From Eledone cirrhosa (taxonomy: Eukaryota): a stretch of 64,000 nt of DNA. The translations under genes and the position numbers were made by a program. The stretch spans positions 236,902,001 to 236,966,000 of the forward strand of contig OZ024741.1 of NCBI GenBank assembly GCA_964016885.1, given 5' to 3'. The notes beneath the pieces are model-generated. The model was given only the letters and a program-made list of their open reading frames with translations. It was not told the origin of the DNA and ran no database searches. This document shows, piece after piece, positions 1 through 11,808 of this stretch (position 1 is its first letter; every line of letters begins with the position of its first letter).

Positions 1-16
1 AGTGTATATAAATATG

Positions 17-47
<31 letters not shown>

Positions 48-258
48 TTTAAGATGCCAGTCATAGTTACAGCCATTTATATATCTACGTGCACTCACGC
101 ATCTCTGGCAGGTTTTCTACGGCTGGATGCCCTTCTTAACACCAACCACTTTTACAGTGTATATACATATGTATATGTATATATATACACACACACACAC
201 ACTTTAAGATGCCACTCATAGTTACAGCCATTTATATATCTATGTGCTCTCACGCATG
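1..258. repeat. ~155-bp local tandem duplication containing (TA)n/(CA)n and a SINE/RTE-tail fragment
   Basis: ctttaagatgcca.tcatagttacagccatttatatatcta occurs at ~47 and ~202; ggatgcccttcttaacaccaaccac lies between the copies. Confidence 0.75.
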
Positions 259-689
259 TTCTCTTGGCATCTGTTATATTCACTGTAAACAACAATACTT
301 TCTCTAATATGTATTGCTGCTGATGAAAAACATTTAAGTAATTTTTTTAAAAAGAGCTATTTCCATATCTTTGTATCATCATGGTTCTACTTTATATTTG
401 CCTTAGCCTGCAAGAAATACAACCATTTCCAATCTGGCCCATCTCCAAAAATGTTTTTCCAACCCCTGTTATAAAATACTCTCACTAAAATGTAATAGTG
501 TGTTTGTATTATCATAAATTTTTTCGTTATAGTCTGTATTTGTGTTGTAATTATTGTAATATAAAATGAAATAATTGTAAGCAAAATTTAGAAAGAAAAA
601 AGTCAAAATATATTGTTGGTCACCTATTTGAACATTGAATTCCTCATTTATTACCTCGTCTTACTTTACTGACAGCGATGTGTACATGA

Positions 690-2105
690 CTTGCACTGCT
701 CTCACAAGCTACTCATCTACACTCAGTTTCCTGAAAAACCACCAGATAACAGATCGTGGTACTCTGTCAAAGGCCTTTTCCAGATTTACAAAAGCTAGAT
801 AAAGCAGCTTGCAGTTAATGAAGAACTTCTCTTGTCATTGTCTCACTAAGAAGAGAGCATCTGTGGTGCTCCTCCCTGTCACAAAACCAAACAGCATCTC
901 ATCTAATTTGACTCTTTCTCTAATTAGTTGCACTAACACTGTCTGTTACTTTCACACAGATTACCTATCAGTTTTATGCTTCTGTAGTTGCTCCTTTCTC
1001 AAGCATTTCCTTTTCCCGAGTAACAATAATTATACTACTACACCGGTCATTGGATATGACATCATCAAATATTACCTTATTGATTATGTGAGTGACTAGC
1101 TCAACTTCTATATATTCAGATGATTTCAGTATTTCAGCATCTATTCCCTTCTAGTCCAGTAGCTTTTCCATTTTTCATCTCTGTTTTGATCCTGTAATTG
1201 TCAACTTCAATAGCTGGTCCCTCTGTTGAATACACTGAGTGTTGTCCCTCTTTCAATTCATTCTCCTTGTTCGCCAACCTCTCAAAATATTTCCAGGCTC
1301 CTTTCTTCTAAATGTCAGTGAGGCTGGCTAAGTGTGTTAGTGCCAACATCCTGATTCAGACTGACACACTGTTTCACAATACAGAACACCTCATGCTTCA
1401 CATTGCAGAAAATTGGCAAACCTTTGGCATTCAGTTTCTCTATGTGCTATGTAAACCTATCATCTAGCTTCTCTTTTAGCTACTTGATATTGTTCTTTGT
1501 TGCCCATATTTTTTTAATTTCCCATGCCTGTCTTATTGGCTTTAATAGCTCTATCAACAATGCTACTCTACCACCAGATCACTCTTCCTCTAGCTGATAC
1601 CTTGTCAGTAGCCTGTAGTAGGTTGTCATGTAGAAACTTCCAATTGTCCTCTATGTCATGCGTCTGTCTTCTCCCCACTCTCATTGTGTGCCATATAGAG
1701 CTTTTTTTAATCAATATTTAACAGCAAGGTCCTTTAGCTTCCATACCCTCTTCCAGATTTTCATGCATTTCTGATTTTTGTCTAGTTTTTATACTAACAT
1801 CACTAGTATCTAAGTAATGTTGGGTGGTGCATTCTTCTCTGTGAAAAGACTCAGCATTCATCTGGTGATCCCATTTTCTAGTGAGTATGAAGCCAATCTG
1901 GCTTGTGTGTTTACTTGATTGGTAGGTGATCATGTAGCTAGCTGGTTTCCTGATATAAATAGTTAAATCATTTGCATCAAAGAATTCTGATCCCTCTTCA
2001 TTTCTTGAGCCATATCCAGAGCCACCATGCAGTCCAAAGTAGCTATCCTAATGTTGACCAACAAGTCCATTGAAGTCACAAGCCAGGATGAAGAAGTTGT
2101 GTGAT
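690..2105 (-). mobile_element. Degraded RTE-clade LINE fragment (APE endonuclease end to RT)
   Basis: Reverse strand encodes FILACDFNGLVGQH and ITYQSSKHTSQIGFILTRK (APE), and LAFVNLEKAFDRVPRSVIW (RT), with many stops and frameshifts; related to the RTE copies at 7500, 19880 and 60095. Confidence 0.8.
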
Positions 2106-2483
2106 TTCTAAATAATTAAAGTATGGCAGTTATTATAATTGCTTTCATGTATGCTGTATGTGTGTTAATATTTTATATATATTCTGATATAAATGTTTGC
2201 CTTGTTTTGTGTAGAATTCAATATAGAATTGTAGTATTATCAACTAATTTCTTTTTGCATGTACAATATGTGGTTCTTAGTTGTAAGTGTATAGTTAAGC
2301 AATGAGAAAGTGTACTGTTTGTGTGACTGATATAACAATTTTGGTCATGAAGTTCACAATTTTGTGGCTTACATTGAAATTCATGTATGAAAATGGTTAT
2401 TTGCAGTACAATTTGTGGTTTACCAGTGTGTTAATGGGTAGGGTTTTTTCCTATTTTTGTATTATTTGAGTTTGTAGTTATAT

Positions 2484-2554
2484 ACAGGGTTATATTCTAA
2501 TAAATATTGTCTGTACATGTAATCAAAGTGTGTATATATTTTGGGGGAACATCC

Positions 2555-2557
<3 letters not shown>
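2484..2557. mobile_element. Degenerate small Tc1/mariner-type MITE (same family as 21530-21630)
   Basis: Ends in aagtgtgtatatattttgggggaacatcctg; internal part is the reverse complement of the 21530 MITE interior. Confidence 0.5.
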
Positions 2558-2588
<31 letters not shown>

Positions 2589-3519
2589 GCAAAGGCAAAA
2601 ACACATAAAAACTCAGACACAGAGAAAACAAAGCTTGTTTCTTCAGCCACCAACCGTAGGTTACGTAACAATCTGGTTTCGGTCCACATATATTTATATA
2701 TGTGAGTGTGAAATTACGTATTAGATGTCATTTACACTTAAATGTAACCCCTTGCTCTTCTTAATAAATAGCTATACTAGACTCTCCAGCCATGGCCACC
2801 ACTCACAAGAACACCATCTTGTCTACATATTAATGTCTAACATAAGACACAAAAAGTGGCACAAATTAAGTGAGTACAATTGATTAAATCGACCCAGTAC
2901 TTGAATAGTAGTTTATATAACGATTCGATTGCGTGTTAAAAGGGGGAAGGAGTGTGGTGTGGTTAGTGGGTAAAGTATATGGGTAGAGTGTGTGTGAGAC
3001 AGCAACAGAGGGAGTGTGGTGGTTAACAGGATAGAGAAGATGATGTTTTGTGAGTGGTAGTGATGGTGAAAGAGGGAATGTGGCGGTTAGAAGGGCAGAA
3101 ATGGGCTAGTGACTGTTAGTGAGGGAGAAAGGGAAGAAAATGCATTTATAGCATTGATCAAACAAATCTATGATCAAAATCATTTCAACCGTGACCACAT
3201 CTTTTTAATAACTCCGTTCCATATTCAAAAGACTGCAAGGAGTGATTTCAGGGAGATTTGGGCTACTATTTCTAGAGTTGAAAGTGACATCTTAGTGGCC
3301 GGGAAAGGTTGTGTGTGTGAGTGATAGTGAGGTGTTAAAAGAAGGAAAGTGGTGGTTTGTGATATCGATCTGTGTTGAAAAGACACAAAGACTGTATGGT
3401 GTAGAAGTGAGGGGAAATTAGAAGGAGTAACAAAGAACTATAGTGGGCGTGAAGAAGAGTGGCGGTATGAGATAGTGTGTGTTAGGGAGAGAGAAAGGAG
3501 GAGTGTATAAGAACTGGTG

Positions 3520-5165
3520 GACCAAAGAGGTAGTTTCGACCTGCTAGAAATAGCAACCCAATCTCCATGAAATCACATCCTGCTTCTTTTAAAAAGTAGG
3601 ACATATTGGATAACTATCAGAGACGACATAAGACTAAACAACGATGGAAGTTCTACATGGTCACTCGATCTGCTAGAAATAGTAGCCACATCTTCAAATC
3701 ACTCGCTACCGTGTTTAAATAAAAGAAAGAATTAACTGTGTGTGAATGGACGGAATAGCCACGGCTAGGATGGCTTTGATCATAGGTTTGTTCGATTAGG
3801 CTGACCTGGGTCTAACTGTGATAGGAGGTATGGGGGGTGCTACTGTGATAAGCTACGTATGTGGGAGAGAATGTTAAGATAGAATTGTCGTAGGAGAGAG
3901 TGGTGGTCGGGGGGGGGGGGGTGTAAGAAGAACGGTGATAGATGGAGTTGGAGAGAGGAAGACACAAAAAGGGGAATTAAGACATGAGCATTGTGGGAGA
4001 GGGATAAGAATAACGTTGGATTGTTATATAGCCTCAAAGCAGCATTGATCGGCGTCCCAGCCGTGACCATACTGATTTATTGTACATCGGGGACTCATTG
4101 GGTAGTGAAGATGGTGTGTCGGACAGAAAAAGTGAGAGAGAGATGTAAATAAAAGAAAGAGTGATAGCATAGAAGGTGGCAACTGTGGTGGGAGAAGCGG
4201 GGAGGAAAAAAAGAAGGTGACCAGATAGAGGGAACCAAAGATGTGTAAAAAAGAAAGCAGTGAGAGGAAGGGGTGAAACAAATCATGTTGAGTGAGGGAA
4301 GGAAATTATAGTGTAAGATAATGTGAGACGAAAAGACAAGTGTATTAAGTGAGAGAGAGAGAGGGAGATCGTATGTAAGGCGGCGGTGGGGTGGAGAAAT
4401 GATAATGAAAGGGATGGTGGGAAAGACAATAGCAAATAGGAGTGGAATGATGGGAGGAGATGGAATGAGTTAGGAAACCGATATTGGTAGTGGTGGTAGG
4501 AAATATGACGATATGAGGGTGGTGGTGAAGGTGGGAGGTATGATGACTTATAGAGCAAAGGTGACGAGAAGGTTACGGCAATGAATGGGGAGGGGATTGT
4601 TGGTGTTGTATGGTCCCAAGTTAACCGATTCAGCATACCTTTGATCAAAGGTATATCAGCCATAACCATCCCATCTTTTCTAGGGGTAGTTAGGATTACA
4701 TTATCCAATGTCCTTTCCTTTACCAAGATGGCTGGTATATAATCTAAGGGAGATTTGACTGCTATTTCTAGCATAGTGGTGAAAGGAGAGGAAAGAATTA
4801 CTAAAAGAGAATGAGGAGAAGAGGTGATATCAGTGTGTGCCTTCCTGTTTATGTCAAGTATTTGAACGGTGGGAGGGAGGGCCGTATTGTTGTGATATTT
4901 CTCTCAATTGTTTCTTGTTTATGTATGTTTACTATGTCATGCGCTGTGTGCGTATATGCATTCGATATTTTTTATTGATTGATGTGTTTATACAATCTAT
5001 TTGATTTAGTGTTTTGCGTGTATGCTGTTGTTGTTTAGCCATAGGTCAGTCCTGTGATCACCCCGTCCTTTTTGGACAGTGTATCTAGGACTATTGACTA
5101 AATGTTCTTCTAAAAAAACACTGTAGATCGTTATTTGAAGATTTGGTTGCTAGCAAAATTTCGCC
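3520..5165. mobile_element. Several fragments of one dispersed repeat family embedded in a purine-rich degenerate simple-sequence tract
   Basis: ctgctagaaatagca...atctcc at 3541 and 3671, inverted at 4750-4773; related pieces at 5030-5165 and 50820-51500. Confidence 0.5.
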
Positions 5166-6534
5166 TTCTGATAAAGAGGTCTAAAAACATTATAAAACGG
5201 TTTGAGCCTGAACAGAAGAACAGTATATATGAGTATAAGAATCGCGCCTCCATTTTACATACATTTACAATCATCATTTTTACGTACACTTTTCCGTATT
5301 TTGAGACAATATTTTACAGTTGGATGCCCTTCCTGACGCCAACCGTTTTAGTTACTTCATACGATACGTAAGGATACGGTATACCTATTCTAAAAACCGG
5401 GATACATACGGCAAATGTATTGTATATTTTGAATTGAAGTCTGATATGTCCAATAGACATGTTGACTTTTGAGCAACTTATACACATATATATACAGATA
5501 TATATACAGTAAATTACACACTATCAGGTCACCACATCCTAACACCCACATTTTATCTGGGTTCATCACTCTACACAGAATCACTCCCACCCCCTAAAAT
5601 CTTAACACACCCGTCTTAACCTTTCCCCAATCCTAATACACCAATAGAAGGGCTCTTCACTTGAGTCACCTAGTCATGATGCCATGTCAAATGCACCCAG
5701 TACACCATATATGGTGGCAGGCAATAGGAAGGGAATCTCACTGTAGAAACCATACCAATGGGTTGAAAGGACTTTCCAGTTGTGTCAAAGGCACAACTAC
5801 CTCACTAGTGTTGGAGGTTTGCTTGATAAACGCACCCAGTACTCTCTATTAAGTGGTTGGTGGTAGGAAGGACATCCAGCTTGAGAACCTAGCCAAAGAA
5901 AGTGTTGGGAGGACTTTTTAACTATCTCAAAAACATGGCAATCTCCATAGTACTTATGCCACAATAAAATGCATTTGGTAGCACATGGGAGCATTTTGTA
6001 AGCGAGTTCTGGGCTGCCGGCCTGACCAAACACCTGATATAGTGAAAGAACATAAGCAAGTTGCAAGCCCCGGGCCAATCTAAGAGGTCTGTAGCTCTGC
6101 TTGAGTACTGACCATTAGCAGGAAAAATAGGTGGTTGTTTTGGTGCCACAATTAAACCACCCAGTTGGGTGGCATTAGGAAAGGCATCTAGCCATAGAAA
6201 CCTATGAGCAAAACATAGTCACCTGACCTAACTAGTCTAACACATAATCATCATCATCATTGCTATTTTAGGTTCATTTTTCATTGCTTGGATTGTCAGG
6301 TCTTTTCCAGCACAGCTGCAGTCACTCATTGCAGTCCTTTGTCATCTCTACTGTGAGCTTCAGTGATTTTTTATTGCCACCCACAACCTCTGTCTAAGTT
6401 TTTTTTGGCATTTCTTCACCCAACAATCATCATCCATATGCATATATATTCATATGATTTATAATCAAATCATATTTTCATTTGTTTGTACCTGCACTTG
6501 TGTATATGTATGTGTGTACATATATATATATATT

Positions 6535-6593
<59 letters not shown>

Positions 6594-7410
6594 AGGGTTG
6601 ACGGACCCAGCATATTTATCAATGCCAGTACCGGTTGTATCTCAGCGCACTCAATGGGCAATGTAAGATACATTACCAGAGTATACACATAGTTATTTGC
6701 CTCAACACAACACACGTAAAACGGGTGCCTATAAGGTTCCCGGACTCGAGTTTCTGCCGCACTAATGCAGCAGTAAGGTGCACTGCACCATCTGTCTGCA
6801 TATATTATGCAACAATGCACAATCGGCTTATGCGGCTTCATCAGTGGGTATCGCCTAATCAATAACCAATCGATCGACAGAATCCAAACACCGGCCCATG
6901 CCTGTCATGACTGTTTCTGGCAACCGATTGGACTCTATCTCTCAACTAGCCACTGATTTACACTGATTTACGTGGGGACGGGAAGCTAAAAAGAATCAAT
7001 CTTTTAGTTCCTGTCAGAAGCTCTCAGCCAACGTGTCTCACACACAAATTATCAAGGGGTGAAAAGATGGCTATTAGAAATAGCATTTCACATTGATATA
7101 AAATAGAATGGTAGCATTCGGTTCATGTCTCCAAGCCCCATGGCTAGAGGAAAGCGATGATAACAATGGTAGTGCCAAGAACCTTTAACAGACTTTAAAT
7201 GCGATCATCCATTATATAGCAATATAGTAGCGAGCTGAAATGTGTCAGCCACGTGCGTAGATAACCAGTCTAATTCACAACTTAAAAGAGTGAGAGACAA
7301 AATTAGTAGCAGGAAAAAGAGTGCATATCAAAACAAAAACAATAAAAAGTGAAAAATTGTTTAACTTACTCTCAATATTCCGCTAGTTTAACCTACTCTC
7401 AATATTCCGC

Positions 7411-7442
<32 letters not shown>

Positions 7443-7499
7443 ACAACTGAAAATTCTTATGTGACATAAAGGACAATGGGAAATTCTTACATGACAACC

Positions 7500-9460
7500 T
7501 TTTGCAAACTACTGACTTGCAACCGGAGTAAAGTGCTAGCCAGACAGGGTGACCTGGTGGTGGAACAGCACAGTGGATAGAGCTATTAAAACCAAGAGAC
7601 AGACATGGAAAGTCTGAGTAGCAGAGACCGGTACCAGGTAGTTAAGAAAGAAGCTAGACAACAGCTATACACAGCTCAGAGAGAGGCTGAAGAAAGTAAA
7701 TTTTCCAATGTCTTGAGACATGAAGTGTTCCGTATTGCAAAGCAGTGTGTTGGTATAAATTGAGATGTTGTTGGGAAAAAATGTGTTAGTAATGAAGCTG
7801 GTTCACTTAGCACCACTGATGCCTAAAATAAAGAAGCTTGGAAATGTTACAACTTACCCAAAGGAAGGACCAGTTATTGAAGTTGATAGTTTTAGGGTCG
7901 AAGATGCAATCAAAGAAATAAAGAATGGTAAAGCTGCGTTGTGCGACTGTCGGAGATAATTGCTGCGATGCTAAAAGCATTGAGAGAGGTAGAAGTCAAA
8001 CTAGTAACCTGCATAGTCAATCAAGTGATACAAGACAGAGTCATAGCCAATGACTGGTGTAGCAGTACAAGGATAAAGGTGATGCTCTAGAAAGGAGCAA
8101 CTATAGAGGAATAAAACTAATGAATGAAGTTATGAAAATGATAGAAAGATTTATAGCACAGCTAATTAGGGAAAGAGTAAAAATAGATGAGATGCAGTTT
8201 GGTTTCATGGCTGGTAAAAATACTACAGATGCCCTCTTCTTAGTGAGGCAACTACAAAAGAAGTTCCTAGCCAAAGATAAGTTGCTATATTTAGCATTTG
8301 TTGATTTAGAAAAGGCCTTTGACAGATCTATATATTGACTAGATCTATTATTTAGTGATCCTTAAGGAAATTAGTTGTAGAAGAGTGGCTTATGAGAACA
8401 ATGCAAGCTATGTAGAAAGGAACTGTCAGTAAAGTGAGACTAAGAAGTGAGTTCAGTGAGGAATTCAAGGTACAGTTAGGAGTTCATCAAGGTTTGGTTC
8501 TTAGCTCACTGCTGTTCATCATAGTTCTCCAGAACATAACTAATTCCATAAAAGAACTAGAAAATAAGTTCCAACTATGGAAACAGAACTTGGAATCAAA
8601 AGGTCTGAGAGTAAACTTAGCCAAAACTAAAGTGTTACTGAGTAGGAAAGAAGATAGGGCCCTGATTCCTTCAGGTAAATGGCCCTGCTCAATATAGAGA
8701 AAGGGAGTAGGCATAAACTCCATATGATGTACACAATGTAAATCTTGTATACACAAGAGATGTAGTGAGATAAGGGGTAGACTGACAAGAAGGAAAGACT
8801 TTGTATGGAGAAGGTGCACAGGGGTAATCAAGGGGAAGAGTGTTTGAACCTTTTCCAGCCAGGGTCCATAGAAGTGGTTGATAGCTTCTGCTATCTAGGT
8901 AACTTAATTAGCAGTGGAGGAGGGTGCTCTGAGAGCATAATAGCTAGAATAAGAATAGGATGGAAGAAGTTTAGGGTGCTACTTCCTCTTGACTACAAAA
9001 GGTTTCTCTCTATGTACAAAAGCACGACTGCATGATACCTGTATGCGAAGTGTGATGCTGCATGATAGAGAAACATGGGCTGTGACTGGGGAGAAATGAA
9101 GCAGCCATGCTTTATTGGATGTGTAATGAAGTGTGAGAGAAAAGCAGAGCTTGGACGAGCTGAGAGAGAATCTGGGTTTAGGAGGAATCTTAGGTGGTGT
9201 GCAGGAGAGAAGACTGCGGTAGTATAGACATGACTGCTTTGTGAAGAAATGTCAGCAAATGCCAGTGGAAGGAAGCTGCAGTAGAGGTAGACCAAGAAAG
9301 ACCTGGGCAGAGGTTGTGAAAGCTGACCTAAAATCGCTAAGACTCGCAGAGGAAATGACAAAAGAACATCACTAGTAGAGAGATGGCGTGCTGAGAAGAA
9401 CCCATCCAACCCATGCAAGCCTGGAAAAACAGACATAAAAACGATGATAATGATAATGAT
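7500..9460 (+). mobile_element. Degraded 5'-truncated RTE LINE (RT, PHD-like insert, 3' end with (ATG)n tail)
   Basis: ORF fragments DEMQFGFMAGKNTTDALFLVRQLQKKFLAKDKLLYLAFVDLEKAFDR, GVHQGLVLSSLLF and FCYLGNLISSGGGCSE; 3' end aacccatgcaagcctggaaaaacagacataaaaacgatgataatgat. Confidence 0.9.
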
Positions 9461-9845
9461 ATATATATATATGACAATTTAACTGCTTGGGGGTGGGGGG
9501 TTATTTCAACTTCCTTGAAGTTGAGTTTTGTTTTTTATAATGAACAGATACATATTTGTCAGAAATAATTTCTTTTGTATTTAATATATACACTGAAAAT
9601 ACAGTTAGACATACTTAGACACCATTACAAACAATTTATAGACCATTCCATCAATAAAAAAACAAGACACACACACTCACATGTCCCCCTTTTTTCTATT
9701 TTTTATTTTCTAGTCTCTGAACTATTGTACTCTCCTGACGAAGGACGTTTGATACGTCAACCTTTTTTTCTATTTTTCATCCAAAGCATGAAACTATTAA
9801 GACTAATTGTATCTCTGTGTTTGTCATTTTTATTATATATATAAT

Positions 9846-9937
9846 TATTTAATATAGAAATGGCTTCTACATGACTAGAACTGTTTCATATGTATGAAAT
9901 AGTTCTAATCCTGTAGAAGCCATTTCGACATTAAATA
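9846..9937. repeat. ~45-bp-arm imperfect inverted repeat (hairpin)
   Basis: tatttaatatagaaatggcttctacatgactagaactgtttcata / tatgaaatagttctaatcctgtagaagccatttcgacattaaata. Confidence 0.85.
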
Positions 9938-10127
9938 GTGATGTTTACACTCTACTAATGTTTTGAGTACCTTTTTTAACTATGGTTAACCCCCAATTTT
10001 ACTCAGGATCTACATGTGTGTGTATATATATATATATATATATTATTTAACAGCACTCACTACACACGTACATACTGGTATAGCCAAAGATATGATATTT
10101 TATGCGTTCCAAAATAAATGTCTAATT

Positions 10128-10150
10128 TATTTCCTTTCATTTATTTTCAG
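10128..10150 (+). promoter_or_regulatory. Putative splice acceptor of the ZNF-A coding exon
   Basis: Pyrimidine tract ttcctttcatttattttcag|g, 143 nt upstream of the ATG. Confidence 0.6.
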
Positions 10151-10293
10151 GTTACCTTTTATCTGCAAAGCCTTTTCATGGAGCCTCACAATATAACAGC
10201 CATTGTTTAGACTAAACCAAGTAGTTTTAACAGCAGACTGACCTTACATCTCACAAACCTCTTCATCAAAAACAACGAAAACCCATTATATCA

Positions 10294-11808
10294 ATGATGG
10301 AAACCCTGCCTAGCGATGCCTCGATTCATAGCGCTATTGCGTCTAAACCTCAATTCTCACCTCTTCCCAACAGCATGGCACCTCATAGGATGCCACACAT
10401 GACAGACAAATCCTTCCATAATGAGATATACGGCAACCAATTCATGCAGGGCTATTATTTACAGACACACGGTTTGGTACATTCAAGCCAGAAGTTGTTC
10501 CATCCTGAAGTGTACGGCAAGCAATTTGCACAAAATTGTTATGTTCAAAACCATGAACGGATGCATAACATTGAGAAACAACCCCCAGCTGCACCACCCA
10601 CACCTCCAGTCTGTCCCAAACCACCAGTCACTCCAAATAAAATTGCACCAATAATTCCTAAAATTGAGGCACCGCCAGTTAAGCAGTTTCAGTGTGATTC
10701 TTGTCCCAAACAGTTTGCACGTAGAAATACATTGCAGCTGCATCAAAGACTGCACACTGGCGAGAAATTGTTCCATTGTGGTTTCTGCGATAAGCAGTTT
10801 ATTCATCGAGACAAGCTGCAAATCCATGAGAGGATACACACAGGAGAGAAACCTTTCCATTGTGAGTTTTGTCCAAAGCAGTTCTCTCGGAAGGACAAAC
10901 TGAAAATCCATCGGAGCACACATACGGGTGAGAAGCCGTTCCATTGCAATCTTTGCGATAAGCAATTTGTTCAGCGAAATAAGTTAAAAATTCATCAAAG
11001 AATCCATACAGGTGAAAAGCCGTTCCATTGTGAATTTTGTCCCAAACAGTTTTCTCGTGGTGACAAGCTGCAGTTGCATAGAAGGACACACACAGGTGAG
11101 AAGTTATTTCACTGTAACTACTGTCCGAAGCAATTTGTTCAGAAAGACAAACTGTTGATACATGAAAGGACGCATACTGGGGAGAAGCCTTTCCATTGCG
11201 AGATCTGCTCAAAGCAGTTTGCTCGTAGTGACCGTCTGCAAATCCATCGAAGAACACACACTGGGGAGAAGCCATTCCACTGCGACCTCTGTCCTAAGCA
11301 GTTTGTTCAACGATGTTATCTAAAAATTCACCGTCGTATACACACGGGTGAGAAACCTTTCCAGTGTGATGTTTGTTCCAAGCAGTTTGCTCGGAAAGAC
11401 AAACTCCAGATACATACTCGCACTCATACAGGGGAGAAACCTTTCCACTGCGACATCTGTAGGGAGCAGTTTGTGAGGAAAGCACAGCTGCTTGCACATA
11501 AGAAACACATGCATGCTGCTGTTGTTGATAAACCATTTCAGTGTGAGATTTGCTTGCAACAGTTCGCAGAGCGAGATGCAATGTTGATTCACCAGCGATC
11601 ACATTTGCAGGCCACATCGCCACCGCAGTGTGACATATGTACAAAGCAGTTTGCCACCATGGAGGAAATGCAAAATCACAAAAGAATACATAAACCTGTC
11701 CGGAACAATTTCTTGAAGCCAACTTCATGCAAGAATATCAAGGAGTACACACCAATGAGTACTCTGTTATGGCAGACTCTCTACCCAGGATTACAAAATC
11801 CTGTATAA
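10294..11808 (+). CDS. C2H2 zinc-finger protein ZNF-A (504 aa, 12 fingers, single coding exon)
   Basis: Intact ORF with 12 CxxC-x12-HxxxH units, TGEKPF/TGEKLF linkers and a Pro-rich pre-array segment; no KRAB/SCAN/BTB/ZAD domain recognisable. Confidence 0.95.
   Translation: MMETLPSDASIHSAIASKPQFSPLPNSMAPHRMPHMTDKSFHNEIYGNQFMQGYYLQTHGLVHSSQKLFHPEVYGKQFAQNCYVQNHERMHNIEKQPPAAPPTPPVCPKPPVTPNKIAPIIPKIEAPPVKQFQCDSCPKQFARRNTLQLHQRLHTGEKLFHCGFCDKQFIHRDKLQIHERIHTGEKPFHCEFCPKQFSRKDKLKIHRSTHTGEKPFHCNLCDKQFVQRNKLKIHQRIHTGEKPFHCEFCPKQFSRGDKLQLHRRTHTGEKLFHCNYCPKQFVQKDKLLIHERTHTGEKPFHCEICSKQFARSDRLQIHRRTHTGEKPFHCDLCPKQFVQRCYLKIHRRIHTGEKPFQCDVCSKQFARKDKLQIHTRTHTGEKPFHCDICREQFVRKAQLLAHKKHMHAAVVDKPFQCEICLQQFAERDAMLIHQRSHLQATSPPQCDICTKQFATMEEMQNHKRIHKPVRNNFLKPTSCKNIKEYTPMSTLLWQTLYPGLQNPV

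Noticed and set aside
2940-4780. Purine-rich tract and Pro/Ser/Leu-rich minus-strand ORFs as a gene
   Set aside because: Degenerate GA/GT simple sequence with interspersed repeat fragments; no coding signal
10687-11428. ZNF-A as a telomere (TTAGGG) binder
   Set aside because: The period-2 code fits a hexamer, but position 6 lacks Arg/Lys for a 5' G and there is no telomeric repeat locally; too weak to claim
10421-11728. Overlapping alternative-frame and antisense ORFs in ZNF-A
   Set aside because: Shadow ORFs of a repetitive zinc-finger CDS
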